DNA from: a virus
Lineage: Duplodnaviria; Caudoviricetes
Reading direction: 5' to 3' (one strand)
IMG/VR virus record: IMGVR_UViG_3300020045_006640
Span: 1-50,447 of that record
Length of the DNA: 50,447 nucleotides
In this document: positions 9,768 to 19,636 of the stretch, one piece after another
Layout: each line of letters opens with the position of its first letter
Position numbering within the stretch: position 1 is the first letter of the stretch
The notes under the pieces: generated by a model
What the model saw: only the letters and a program-made list of their open reading frames with translations
Told to the model about the DNA's origin: nothing
The model's database searches: none
Position numbers and translations under genes: made by a program

Positions 9768-12109
9768 CATTGCAGAACTATGAACATGCCGCTGCGTTCA
9801 TTGCGGCACTGACGGGCGATGTTAACACGCCGATGGCTTGGCGGGCGATCAGCGATATCAAAGGCGACGGACGCGAGGCAAAGATTTGGTTCGCTCCACT
9901 CGCAACGGTTTGGAACGATCTGGTTTCATACAATGCCGCGCGCTATGGTATTTTCGCGATCATCAACGCGACCGATGGGCTTGGCCGTGAGGCTCAGAAC
10001 GTTACGGGATTGCGGGCCAATTGGGTTGATCTGGATAAACCGTCTGCACTAGACGATTTGCAACGTGCGTTGGCTTGGTCAGTTGCCCCGCACATGGTGG
10101 TGCGATCAAGTACCGGTAAAGCGCATGTTTATTGGCTCGAAAATGAATGGAATGATCCGGCCAAGTTCAGCGAGCTACAGCGCAAACTGATCAGCACATT
10201 TAACGGTGATGTGACGATCAATGACACGCCGCGCATTATGCGTGTGCCGGGGTTCTTGCACGCTAAGAGCGTTGCCGGTGGTCCATTGGGTCCGCAAGTG
10301 CTGGTGACGGTTGAGGCTGGCCCGGCATGGGGCAAGGATAGGGTGCCGCATGAGTTGCTGGCGTCATCGCTGGCGGGCGTTGTGGTTGAAGCGGGCGGTG
10401 GTACAGCGACGAACGCGCTTGGCGATCCTAAGTTGGCCGCACCGACATTTGAATGGGCTGTCAAGGCTCTTGAGGCTATCGATCCGAGTGGCCTGGAATA
10501 TGACGAATGGCGCGATGTGACTTTTGCATTCAAGCAAGCCATTTGGTCGCATACGAACGAATTCGTTGCCAAAACGGTTTGGGATGCTTGGAACCGCAAG
10601 AGCGTTAAGTTTGAAGCGAACGAAAGCGAAAAGCTTTGGCGATCCGCAAAAGCGCCGCGCATGGGTTGGCCGGGGTTGCTGAAACGATCCGGCATGAAAG
10701 CCCAAATGATGTTCGGTCCGCCCGTTGCTGGTGGTCCGGTGGCACCGGTTGGTTTGCCTTTACCGGGTGAAGGCCCGCAAGCGCCGGTTGTGGTTGGCGA
10801 TCAGTTGGGCGACATGCTGTTGCCAGCGGAACAGGCCATCTATTTCAAGGGCTGCGTTTTGATTGAAAAGGATGGGCGCATTCTCACGCCGGGCGGGCGC
10901 TTCATGGATGTTGGCCGGTTCAATGCCAAGTATGGTGGCAAGCAATTCATTCTGACGGCTGACGGCAGCAAAAGCACAGACGAACCCTGGAAAGCCGCAA
11001 CGCGCGGTCAAGGTTTCAGTGTGCCCAAGGTCGATCACGTCCGGTTCCTGCCGATTGAGGCAAGCGGGGCGATCATTGAAGATGAATTGGGTCGAAAAGG
11101 GATCAACACATACGTTCCGCCCGTCATTAAGATGAAGGATGGTGATCCTTCACCGTTCGTTGAACACTTGCGCAAAATCCTGCCGACCGAACGCGACGTG
11201 CTGATCTTGCTGAACTACTTTGCTTGCATCGTTCAACGTCCTGGCGTGAAAATCCCTTGGGCACCTGTGATCCAATCGGTTGAAGGTGTAGGCAAAAACG
11301 TAATCAAGTTCTGCATGACACATGCGATCGGACGGGTTTACACATATTATCCGAAAGCAACCGAATTGGCCGAAAGCGGTGGCAAGTTCAATGCTTGGAT
11401 GCGCGGACGCTTGTTCATTCTGTGCGATGAAGTCCGGACGGACGAAAAACGCAATCTGATTGAAGCCCTGAAAGACATGATTTCTGAAGAAACAATTCAA
11501 ATTCAGGGCAAGGGTGTTGATCAGGATATTGAAGATAACTTTGGCAACTGGTGTTTCTTTACGAACTGGCAAGACGCTGTGCCGGTTGATCGCAAGTCAC
11601 GCCGTTGGGCAATTTTCTTCAGCAAGCTTCAAAACGAACAAGATTTGTTGAATGTCGGGATGGATAGCGCTTATTTTAGCGGATTGTACAATTGGGTTCG
11701 TGGTGAAGGTCGCGAAATTGTTGCGCAGTACTTGCACAATTATCTGATTGATCCGGAATTTGATCCTGCAATTCACCAGCGCGCACCAATCACTTCAAGC
11801 ACTGCTGAAGCTATCGCAGTGTCACGCACCGCGCCGGAATTGGCGATCATGGAAGCGATTGAGACAAATCAGCCGGGCTTTAGGGCCGGTTGGGTGTCAT
11901 CCGCTGCTGTCGGTATGGTGTTGGATGCTGCAAAGATCAAAGCAAGCCATCCGACCATTACACGCATTATTGAAGGAATGGGTTATAAGAAAATCGGGCG
12001 CGCTGGCGGTCGATACCTTCAGGAAGATATGAAGCAACCGAACTTGTACAACCTAGACGCTTCCAAGGTTGTTGGAGGTTACGCTGCTGATCAGGGATAC
12101 GCAACCTAG
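9764..12109 (+). CDS. DNA primase-helicase (RepB-like primase, PriCT-2, DUF5906-type NTPase)
   Basis: WVDLD, SSTGKAHVYW, RIMRVPG; YDEW..V; Walker A EGVGKN, Walker B LCDE, SRRW. Confidence 0.88.
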   Translation: MTLQNYEHAAAFIAALTGDVNTPMAWRAISDIKGDGREAKIWFAPLATVWNDLVSYNAARYGIFAIINATDGLGREAQNVTGLRANWVDLDKPSALDDLQRALAWSVAPHMVVRSSTGKAHVYWLENEWNDPAKFSELQRKLISTFNGDVTINDTPRIMRVPGFLHAKSVAGGPLGPQVLVTVEAGPAWGKDRVPHELLASSLAGVVVEAGGGTATNALGDPKLAAPTFEWAVKALEAIDPSGLEYDEWRDVTFAFKQAIWSHTNEFVAKTVWDAWNRKSVKFEANESEKLWRSAKAPRMGWPGLLKRSGMKAQMMFGPPVAGGPVAPVGLPLPGEGPQAPVVVGDQLGDMLLPAEQAIYFKGCVLIEKDGRILTPGGRFMDVGRFNAKYGGKQFILTADGSKSTDEPWKAATRGQGFSVPKVDHVRFLPIEASGAIIEDELGRKGINTYVPPVIKMKDGDPSPFVEHLRKILPTERDVLILLNYFACIVQRPGVKIPWAPVIQSVEGVGKNVIKFCMTHAIGRVYTYYPKATELAESGGKFNAWMRGRLFILCDEVRTDEKRNLIEALKDMISEETIQIQGKGVDQDIEDNFGNWCFFTNWQDAVPVDRKSRRWAIFFSKLQNEQDLLNVGMDSAYFSGLYNWVRGEGREIVAQYLHNYLIDPEFDPAIHQRAPITSSTAEAIAVSRTAPELAIMEAIETNQPGFRAGWVSSAAVGMVLDAAKIKASHPTITRIIEGMGYKKIGRAGGRYLQEDMKQPNLYNLDASKVVGGYAADQGYAT

Positions 12110-12648
12110 TCGCCAGGGCGAAACCCTGGCCTAGCCTTCAGCACATCCATTCCGGGTGCATGATTTGGTTTGAACTTTCCGGATCGCTCAAATGTCCAAC
12201 CGCGAACATGACGGTATCCAATCCGTCCGTTCAAATGGTTTGATAGAGTTGACGGGTTGAGCTTCATAGCTGCGGCAACGTGCTGGATACTCTCAAAAAC
12301 AATTCCGGTTTCCACACACAGAACACCCTGGTTGCGAACCCTGCCTTTTTTCTGGCTTAGGCGATCTTTCATTATCTCGCGATCTAACGAATTTTGATTA
12401 AGTGGCGGGTTCAAAATTTTGATCCAAGCACTTTCAATTTTCAAAACATCACGCCGATTTTTGCTGATGTACCAAAATTCGATTGTTGGATATTTTTCAA
12501 AAAATGTTTGTAAATATTTTGGCGAACGTGAAGTGACGCTGAAGGCACGTTGGAACGATCCGGCACCGATATACATCAATTCGCCGTTCAAATAATGAGC
12601 ATAAACGCAATAATGGTTTGTATCGAATTTCACTTCACGTTCCTTCAC
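12106..12648 (-). CDS. GIY-YIG homing endonuclease-like protein with C-terminal HTH
   Basis: CVYAHY....MYIGAG..R....E..WI..LNPPLN; VLCVETGIVFESI; AT-rich and antisense to neighbours. Confidence 0.75.
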   Translation of the reverse strand: MKEREVKFDTNHYCVYAHYLNGELMYIGAGSFQRAFSVTSRSPKYLQTFFEKYPTIEFWYISKNRRDVLKIESAWIKILNPPLNQNSLDREIMKDRLSQKKGRVRNQGVLCVETGIVFESIQHVAAAMKLNPSTLSNHLNGRIGYRHVRGWTFERSGKFKPNHAPGMDVLKARPGFRPGD

Positions 12649-12922
12649 TTGCGAACTTCATTTGGTATATCAATGAAATCAATGGGTTGGCACTTACTTC
12701 ACGTACTTCACTTGTTTTCAGGTTGCCGGGCGGGCGCGGGGCGGTGTGGGCTGTTCCAACCGTTGTTGAGCACCAGCCATAATGCTAATATTATATATCT
12801 CTTACTCTTAGGGAAGTAAATGAAGCAAGTGAAGAAAGTCGGGAGACGCCCGGAAAATATGGGGTTTTTCACTTCATTTGCAGTCCAAAGATCGTGAAGT
12901 TGATCGTGAAGCAAGTGAAGTT
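12629..12922. repeat. Clustered CTTCAC/GTGAAG repeats around an AT-rich core; putative replication origin
   Basis: About 11 CTTCA/TGAAG copies; TGAAGCAAGTGAAG at 12821 and 12907; mostly non-coding, downstream of the primase. Confidence 0.6.
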
Positions 12923-13070
12923 AACCGGTTTTCGGTTTATCCAAGGAAATGCTTGGTTTATCGTCAACCTAAAACAAGTTAAGGCTTGGTTTATTAAGGC
13001 GCTGCGTTTGGCAATTTGACCTAAGCGCACCACTCAGCTAAGTTCGTCCGAACAAATGGAGTTTCCCGCA

Positions 13071-13322
13071 ATGACCACACGCAATGATGACAGCACAATC
13101 GACATGCTAGACGCCGAAACGGTTGAAATCGAAATCGATGAAACCGGCAAAATGTGGATCAATGTTGATGGCCGTTGCCGGATGCGTATCGGCAAGGTTG
13201 AAACAATCGTCATCGATCATCGGTCATTGATCAATCCGATTTTGCCGCGCCGTGCGCAGATCGTAAACGGTAAAGCATCCAACCACATTGCACGTAATCT
13301 GAATTCATGGGATATCGACTAA
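13071..13322 (+). CDS. Hypothetical protein
   Basis: GGAG RBS before ATG 13071. Confidence 0.6.
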   Translation: MTTRNDDSTIDMLDAETVEIEIDETGKMWINVDGRCRMRIGKVETIVIDHRSLINPILPRRAQIVNGKASNHIARNLNSWDID

Positions 13323-13323
13323 C

Positions 13324-14001
13324 ATGGCACGTCGCGCCGATTTCTTGGTCAATCAGCAACGCAAAGCCGCAGCGATCCTAGACGGCGCGCGGTCTGGCGT
13401 CTTATCCGCATACGATCAGTGCAAGCCGCTGGAACGCATCTTTGTGCGTGCCTACGTGGCCACGGATGACCCAATCAAAGCGATCCTGGCGGTATCCCCG
13501 GAACTGAAGGGAAACAGCCTAGCGAACGTCCGCGCGCTCGATTACATGAAGCGCCCGCTTGTTCAGGCTGCAATCGCCCAAGAATTTCAAAAGATCGCTG
13601 ACCGGTTTGAAATCACCGCTGAAAACGTTGTGCAGGAAATCGCATTGCTGGCGTTCGCTCGCATGGGTGATTTTGCAACGCCAAGCCCTGATGGCGATTA
13701 TCTCACGCTCGATCTGAACAAAATTCCCGAAAGCGAATTGAGCGCGCGACTTGCTGCCGTGTCCGAATTCAGCCTGGACGAAAACACCGACAAAGACGGA
13801 AACAAGTCGCAAAAGTTCAAATTCAAGCTGCACGACAAGAATTCCGGACTTGACAAACTGATGAAACGGTTCGGAATGTACGCACCCGAAAAGCTCGAAT
13901 TGAGCGGGCCGGATGGTCGGCCTATCGAAACCCGCAACGTTACAGTCACCATGACGGCTGCTGAAGCCAAACGGCTGTATGAAGAAAGTTTGGAAGAATG
14001 A
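13324..14001 (+). CDS. terS: Terminase small subunit
   Basis: ERIFVRAYV..., ITAENVVQEIALLAFA, KLHDKNSGLDKL, ELSGPDGRPI; upstream of terL. Confidence 0.85.
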   Translation: MARRADFLVNQQRKAAAILDGARSGVLSAYDQCKPLERIFVRAYVATDDPIKAILAVSPELKGNSLANVRALDYMKRPLVQAAIAQEFQKIADRFEITAENVVQEIALLAFARMGDFATPSPDGDYLTLDLNKIPESELSARLAAVSEFSLDENTDKDGNKSQKFKFKLHDKNSGLDKLMKRFGMYAPEKLELSGPDGRPIETRNVTVTMTAAEAKRLYEESLEE

Positions 14002-14174
14002 AAGACGTTGAAATGATAACGGTTGTCAAACAGCGCTTGGATTTTGCTGAAGCGCTTGCCGAACGTATTTCGCGGTTGAACCGCAACAATGCTGAAATCG
14101 GGCACGGCATGCTGTGTTCATTGATCGATGATGCGAATTTGGTTTTGAAAAACCGAAAGATTGCGGAGCGCTGA
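13998..14174 (+). CDS. Hypothetical protein (58 aa)
   Basis: Not in the track; ATGA overlap with terS; MKDVEMITVVKQRL... Confidence 0.5.
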   Translation: MKDVEMITVVKQRLDFAEALAERISRLNRNNAEIGHGMLCSLIDDANLVLKNRKIAER

Positions 14175-14176
14175 TC

Positions 14177-14425
14177 ATGGCTGAAGCCCGCAAAAACCTG
14201 ATCGGTGTATCAATCCAGATCGGCACCCTGGCAAGCATGGCTGATGTTGATCGCCAAGCGCTGCCGACGATTGACATTGTGTGTCCGACACTGGAAACCT
14301 ATCATCGCCTGTTGCAGACGATCAAAAGCGATCCGGATATGTTCAACCAGCCAGCCTTGCAGCCCGGTCAATGGCTGGTTGCCGGGCTGATCGTTAGCGT
14401 TCGGCTTGCAAAGGATACGCCCTGA
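14177..14425 (+). CDS. Hypothetical protein
   Basis: GGAG RBS; operon packing. Confidence 0.6.
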   Translation: MAEARKNLIGVSIQIGTLASMADVDRQALPTIDIVCPTLETYHRLLQTIKSDPDMFNQPALQPGQWLVAGLIVSVRLAKDTP

Positions 14426-14808
14426 TGGAAATCGGTCGGATTGAAGGCGCAACCCGTGTGATCGGTAAAGCTCAGGGATATTACGGGTTGCCGGTGCGTG
14501 ATGAAGCCAAAAACCTTGGCGATTTGCCGCATATGCTCGAAACAGCCATGCACAGCACCGTCACCGGTCCAAACACTCCAACCATACAAACGTGCTGGTT
14601 TCCGTCACCGGACGAAATCGACGCGATCAGCAAGGGCGCACCGATATATCTGAATTTGGTCGGTGTTGCCCATCCGCCTGTCATGTTGAGCGTTGGAGAG
14701 GTGCCGCGCGACGTGTGCCCGACCTGTAACGGTTGTGGCTATCAGAACCCGGCTGAAGGCATTACGCCGTGTGAAGTCTGCAACGGATCGGGCGGGGTTC
14801 CGCTGTGA
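14425..14808 (+). CDS. Conserved phage hypothetical protein with C-terminal CxxCxGxG zinc finger
   Basis: YGLPVRD...W.PSPDEI..I..GAPIYL...G..HPPV; CPTCNG...CEVCNGSG. Confidence 0.7.
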   Translation: MEIGRIEGATRVIGKAQGYYGLPVRDEAKNLGDLPHMLETAMHSTVTGPNTPTIQTCWFPSPDEIDAISKGAPIYLNLVGVAHPPVMLSVGEVPRDVCPTCNGCGYQNPAEGITPCEVCNGSGGVPL

Positions 14809-14984
14809 TCCAAATTCGGCGCGACAAGTTCAGCACGTATGACAATGATCGGCGGTTCATCAATGGTCAGAAGGCTTGCACGTTTGTCACTAACAATCGG
14901 GAACGTGCTGTGCGACTGTACGCGATGCACAACACGCTAATTCGCGTTTGGATGCGCCCGGCAAAATTGGATCGCTGTTCATGA
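14805..14984 (+). CDS. Hypothetical protein (59 aa)
   Basis: Not in the track; GTGA and ATGA overlaps fill the gap exactly. Confidence 0.45.
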   Translation: MIQIRRDKFSTYDNDRRFINGQKACTFVTNNRERAVRLYAMHNTLIRVWMRPAKLDRCS

Positions 14985-15337
14985 ACAATCCCCGCATTTT
15001 CGTTTTTGGCAGTAACCTTGCCGGGCGACACGGCAAGGGTTCGGCACTTGAGGCTGTGCAGAAGCATGGCGCACGCCAGGGGCAGGGCACGGGCTTGCAA
15101 GGGCGATCCTTTGCCATCCCGACGAAAGATGCTGCATTGCGCGTGCTGCCGCTGATCCACATTCAGCCGCATGTTGAATATTTCGTTTGGTTTGCAACTC
15201 GGTATTACAACCTTGAATTTGATGTTGTCGCAATCGGTTGCGGTTTGGCTGGTTACAGCCCTGAACAGATTGGACCGATGTTCAAGGGTGCGCCCGCAAA
15301 CGTTCATTTGCCGCCAGAATTTGAGGCTTATCGATGA
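14981..15337 (+). CDS. A1S_2505-like phage non-structural protein
   Basis: IFVFGSNLAGRHGKG...SFAIPTK...IGCGLAGY. Confidence 0.75.
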   Translation: MNNPRIFVFGSNLAGRHGKGSALEAVQKHGARQGQGTGLQGRSFAIPTKDAALRVLPLIHIQPHVEYFVWFATRYYNLEFDVVAIGCGLAGYSPEQIGPMFKGAPANVHLPPEFEAYR

Positions 15338-15555
15338 CCGAACGTTATGCTCGTGTAATTCTGTACGATTTGAATTGCGATCATCCGAACCATGATCGCA
15401 ACGCTTTTGCGCGCATGGATATGAGCGATCCGGATGCAAATGAATATTCTTCACAAGATTGGGAAACGCTTGGCGATGCGCGCGCTGCCGCCCGGCGCTC
15501 TGGTTGGATCATTCGTGGCGGCAAAAGCTATTGCCCACGGTGCGGTTCGAAATAA
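15334..15555 (+). CDS. Hypothetical zinc-binding protein
   Basis: LNCDH...ARRSGW......YCPRC. Confidence 0.6.
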   Translation: MTERYARVILYDLNCDHPNHDRNAFARMDMSDPDANEYSSQDWETLGDARAAARRSGWIIRGGKSYCPRCGSK

Positions 15556-17327
15556 TGCAATCAACTGACCTATTCGATTGGATTGCACGCCCGTATGAAC
15601 CCGGTGACGCACCCGCATGGCGTCCGGAACCGCTCGATCACGCCCATTGGCCACCGGATTACAAAGCGGTGTATGCGTGGCGCGTGAAACAATTGCAGCG
15701 CATTCGCAGTGATCCGAACATGTTGGCTGGTGCCCTGGCATATTACAGCGAACCGGAACATGCCGGTGAATTCATCATGCATTGGATGGATACTTACAAC
15801 CCGCGCGTTGTCGGTGCAATGAAATGGATGCCATTCATTTTCTTCAAGCGTCAGGATGAATTCATTACGTTCCTGACCGAATTGGAACGCGATCAGGAAA
15901 GCGGCCTAGTCGAAAAAGCGCGTGACGTTGGCCTGACATGGCTGTGCGTTGGTTACAGCGTTTGGAAATGGCTGTTCTGCGATGAAAGTGCAGTCGGTTG
16001 GGGATCGCGCAAGGAAGCCCTGGTTGACAAGCTTGGCGATCCGGACAGCATCTTTGAAAAGCTGCGATTGGTCATCCGTCGCTTGCCGAAAGAATTCCTG
16101 CCGTCCGGATTTGTTCAGAAAGAACACATGACGTTCATGCGGCTGATCAATCCGGCAAATGGTGCGGTTGTGATCGGTGAAGCTGGCGACAACATCGGTC
16201 GCGGCGGGCGTAAAACGATCTATTTCAAGGATGAAAGCGCGCATTACGAACGGCCCGATCTGATTGAAGCATCCTTGGGCGACAACACGAACGTTCAGGT
16301 TGATATTTCCAGCGTGAACGGGTTGGGCAATGTGTTTCACAGGCGACGTGAGGAAGGCATTGACTGGACACCCGCAAACGACTGGACGCAACACCCTGGC
16401 AAAACCCGCGTGTTTGTTGTGGATTGGCGCGATCATCCGGCCAAAACACAGGCATGGTACGATCAGCGCCGCGCCAAATGGGAAAGCGAAGGGCTGCTAT
16501 ACAAATTCAAACAGGAAGTTGATCGCGATTATTCGGGCGCAATTGAAAACACGATTATTGATGCTGCATGGATCAAGGCAGCGATTGACGCACACCTGAA
16601 ATTCAAATGGATCGATGATGCTGGCTGCAAACGCATTGGGTTGCCCGACGAACGGCTATCGTCCGATTGGATGGCAGCGCTAGACGTTGCCGATGGTGGT
16701 GGCGATAGGAACGCCCTGGTGGCGCGTCAGGGCATGGTGTTGCGCTCAGCCGTCGAATGGGGCGAGCGGGATACCGGCGTGACCACACGGCGCACCGCTG
16801 ACGGGCTGAAGCACCATCGCGGCATTCTGGTGCAGTATGACAGCATTGGTGTCGGCAGTGGCGTGAAGGCTGAATGGAACCGTCTGGTTGAAGCGAATGA
16901 AGTTGATCCGAACTTGATCAATTTCGTTCCCTGGAATGCTGGCGCGTCCGTGGTCAATCCATATGATCACATCATTGAAGGCGACACGGAAAGCGCCCGC
17001 AACAAAGATTTCTTTGGCAACTTCAAGGCACAGGCTTGGTGGTCATTGCGCATGCGCTTTTGGCGCACCTATCAGAACATCGTTCAGGGTGTCATTCACG
17101 ATCCGGACGAAATGATCAGCATTGACAGCAACATTCCGCTGTTGCGTCAGCTTGAAAAGGAACTAGCACAACCGACGATCAGCCCGAACGGATCGCTGAA
17201 ACAGATTGTTGACAAAAAGCCCGACAACACCCGTTCACCCAATCTTGCCGATGGTGTCGTTATGTGTTATTTCCCTGTTGAGCATTATCAAGGTTCCTTG
17301 GTCGGAACCTATTCACAAGCCGCATAG
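15555..17327 (+). CDS. terL: Terminase large subunit
   Basis: EKARDVGLTW (Walker A), YFKDESAH (Walker B), ALDVADGGGD nuclease motif, SPNLAD. Confidence 0.93.
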   Translation: MQSTDLFDWIARPYEPGDAPAWRPEPLDHAHWPPDYKAVYAWRVKQLQRIRSDPNMLAGALAYYSEPEHAGEFIMHWMDTYNPRVVGAMKWMPFIFFKRQDEFITFLTELERDQESGLVEKARDVGLTWLCVGYSVWKWLFCDESAVGWGSRKEALVDKLGDPDSIFEKLRLVIRRLPKEFLPSGFVQKEHMTFMRLINPANGAVVIGEAGDNIGRGGRKTIYFKDESAHYERPDLIEASLGDNTNVQVDISSVNGLGNVFHRRREEGIDWTPANDWTQHPGKTRVFVVDWRDHPAKTQAWYDQRRAKWESEGLLYKFKQEVDRDYSGAIENTIIDAAWIKAAIDAHLKFKWIDDAGCKRIGLPDERLSSDWMAALDVADGGGDRNALVARQGMVLRSAVEWGERDTGVTTRRTADGLKHHRGILVQYDSIGVGSGVKAEWNRLVEANEVDPNLINFVPWNAGASVVNPYDHIIEGDTESARNKDFFGNFKAQAWWSLRMRFWRTYQNIVQGVIHDPDEMISIDSNIPLLRQLEKELAQPTISPNGSLKQIVDKKPDNTRSPNLADGVVMCYFPVEHYQGSLVGTYSQAA

Positions 17328-17338
17328 GAACCCGCAAC

Positions 17339-17596
17339 ATGCCAACGCTCAAACAATCGCTGAAAGCCGTTTATTCGCCTGAAGAAATCAAGCTGCTGAT
17401 CATCAAAGATTTGCGCGAACGTGGTTTTGCCAACATCAACGGCGATGACGTTCAGGAACCATCCGACTTTGAAACCGTGCAGCGTGAAGCCCGACCATAC
17501 CAGTTTGAAGGCTATGAAATCCGCAAGGATTTGCCCATTCCCGAACCGAAACCAAAAATTACGTTGCGTGATCAATCCATGCGTGGCATTGACTAA
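17339..17596 (+). CDS. Hypothetical protein
   Basis: AGGA RBS. Confidence 0.6.
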   Translation: MPTLKQSLKAVYSPEEIKLLIIKDLRERGFANINGDDVQEPSDFETVQREARPYQFEGYEIRKDLPIPEPKPKITLRDQSMRGID

Positions 17597-17624
17597 CCCG
17601 CAACAATCCGCCAAACAATCTGCA

Positions 17625-17738
17625 AAACGCGCTGGTGTTCCTCCAAAGTCAGCAGCGCGCCGGGGCAACAGGTGGCATGCAAGCGCCTTCAGCCCATATG
17701 AACCCCGCCCAAGTCTCATGCTTGGCGCGGGGTTTTTC
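17625..17738 (+). ncRNA. Candidate three-hairpin small RNA
   Basis: Hairpin with UUCCUCCAAA loop, a second hairpin, then an intrinsic terminator; TTGACT at 17589. Confidence 0.35.
17702..17738 (+). terminator. Rho-independent terminator
   Basis: ACCCCGCCCAAG...CTTGGCGCGGGGT followed by a T run. Confidence 0.75.
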
Positions 17739-17780
17739 GTGTGCTAGGTTCCGCGCAACCCGTATTAAGGAACCATTCGC

Positions 17781-19496
17781 ATGCGTCCGATTTTGACACC
17801 GAGCCGTCACGCTGTTCTGTGCAGCGCTTATGCCCTGTCACCAAGCGCAACGCCGACACCTGAACAGATGCGAATGTCGGGCTTGGTCGCGCAAAGCCGT
17901 ATGGCGGTGGTTCCCCCTGGCGCGACCATTGCCAGCGAAAACGTCTCGATTGCCGCCCGTGACAGCCGCACCGCGATCAACGGTGAAGATTTGAACAAGA
18001 TCGACATTGGTTCGCGCGACTGGCACGCCATGATCGGCTATTGGCAGAAAACCAGCGACATTGTTGACGGTGCCGAACGCATGCGCGATCAGCACGCGCT
18101 GTATTTGCCGCAATTCCCCAATGAAAGCGATCCGAGTTATACGTTCCGTTGGAAGAATGCGAAATTCACCAACGTCTATCGCGACATTGTGGAAAATCTC
18201 GCATCCAAGCCGTTTGAACAAGAAGTCACGCTGTCCGGTGCGGTCAACAAATCCAATGACGACACGGTTATTCCGCAAGCGTTTCTGGATTTTGTTGAGG
18301 ACGTTGACGGATCGGGCAACACGCTCAGCACCTTTGCGGCTGATACGTTTTTCGACGGTATCAATTCAACAATCGATTGGATTTTCGTTGATTACTCGAA
18401 TATTGAAGCCGGAACACGCACAGTTGCCGATGAAAAGCGTTTGGGCATTCGTCCGTTTTGGTCGCATGTCAAAGCTGCCAACGTTCTTGAAGTTCGGTCG
18501 AAAGTGATCAACGGAAAAGAACAGATCAACTTTTTCCGCATGCTCGAATTTGAAGCGGACGTGAAACACGTTCGGATTATCGAGCGTGACAACGCTGGTG
18601 TCTGGTGGCACCTTTATCGTGAACTTCCTGCGTCACAGGTCAAATCTGTTCGGTTTGAACTGATTGACAGCGGCGTGATGACTATTCCGGTTATTCCGAT
18701 GGTGCCATTCGTCACCGGGCGGCGCGTTGGTCGATCCTGGCAGTTCCGCCCAATGTTGCGCGATGCTGCTGATTTGCAGATCGAATTGTTTCAGGACGAA
18801 AGCGGCCTGAAGAACATCAAAGCGCTGTCCGGATTTCCGATCCTGACAGCCAATGGTGTCGCACCACCAACCATCGGTTCCGGTGCAAACAAGAAAATCC
18901 AAACAATTCAGGTTGGCCCTGAAACCATCCTGTACGCACCACCGTCAGGCCAGGGCGGCACATCCGGATCGTGGCAGTATATCCAGCCCGACGCTTCCGT
19001 GATGACGTTCCTGCAATCCGATGTGCAAAAGACCATCGATCAGTTGCGCGAACTTGGGCGCAATCCGCTCACAGCACAGACAGCCGGTGTCACCGTCATC
19101 AACAGCGCAACCGCTGCCAAGAAAACAAGCACCACCGTTCAGCTTTGGGCGCTTGGGTTGAAGAATGCGCTTGAAAACGCTCTGGTGATCACCGGTATGT
19201 GGTTGAACATTCCGCAAACGCAGTACGATCCTGAAGTGTTTGTGTTCACCGATTTCGATGTGATGGGCTCGCTTGAAGATTTGACCGCGCTGATTGAAGC
19301 GCGCAAGAACGGCGATATCAGCCGCGAAACGCTTTGGCACGAAATGGTTCGGCGCGGTATCCTGTCCGGTGAATTCGATCCGGAATTGGAAATTGAACGT
19401 ATTCTTGAAGATATGGTTGATTTGACAGTCGATCCGAACGCTGTTGACTTGCCAGACGACGAACCGCCCGCTAACGTGCCGCCTGTGGCGTCATAG
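17781..19496 (+). CDS. Portal protein (DUF4055-type)
   Basis: Follows terL; YLPQFPNES...Y..R, DVDGSGNTL, IPMVPF, ISRETLWHEMVRRGIL. Confidence 0.85.
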   Translation: MRPILTPSRHAVLCSAYALSPSATPTPEQMRMSGLVAQSRMAVVPPGATIASENVSIAARDSRTAINGEDLNKIDIGSRDWHAMIGYWQKTSDIVDGAERMRDQHALYLPQFPNESDPSYTFRWKNAKFTNVYRDIVENLASKPFEQEVTLSGAVNKSNDDTVIPQAFLDFVEDVDGSGNTLSTFAADTFFDGINSTIDWIFVDYSNIEAGTRTVADEKRLGIRPFWSHVKAANVLEVRSKVINGKEQINFFRMLEFEADVKHVRIIERDNAGVWWHLYRELPASQVKSVRFELIDSGVMTIPVIPMVPFVTGRRVGRSWQFRPMLRDAADLQIELFQDESGLKNIKALSGFPILTANGVAPPTIGSGANKKIQTIQVGPETILYAPPSGQGGTSGSWQYIQPDASVMTFLQSDVQKTIDQLRELGRNPLTAQTAGVTVINSATAAKKTSTTVQLWALGLKNALENALVITGMWLNIPQTQYDPEVFVFTDFDVMGSLEDLTALIEARKNGDISRETLWHEMVRRGILSGEFDPELEIERILEDMVDLTVDPNAVDLPDDEPPANVPPVAS

Positions 19497-19577
19497 CGTT
19501 TGGATCACCCGTCAAGGGTTCACGGTCGCGAATTGGCTTTTGGGTTGGGTTCGCTCCAATCCGCCACAATCAACCCG

Positions 19578-19627
19578 TTGCCTGATGGTTGGATGACCTA
19601 GGGCGCATTTGGCCGGATGGCCGGAAA
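19578..19627 (+). promoter_or_regulatory. Twin GGAU-loop hairpin 5' leader element (copy 1, scaffold)
   Basis: GGTT-GGAT-GACC and GGCC-GGAT-GGCC; same layout at 21058. Confidence 0.55.
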
Positions 19628-19636
19628 GACTGAAAT

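Noticed and set aside
12629-12922. Possible CRISPR-like array
   Set aside because: Repeats are short, irregularly spaced and in both orientations; no cas genes
17421-17747. 108-aa ORF across the pre-portal intergenic region
   Set aside because: Overlaps gene 17339-17596 out of frame and runs through a terminator
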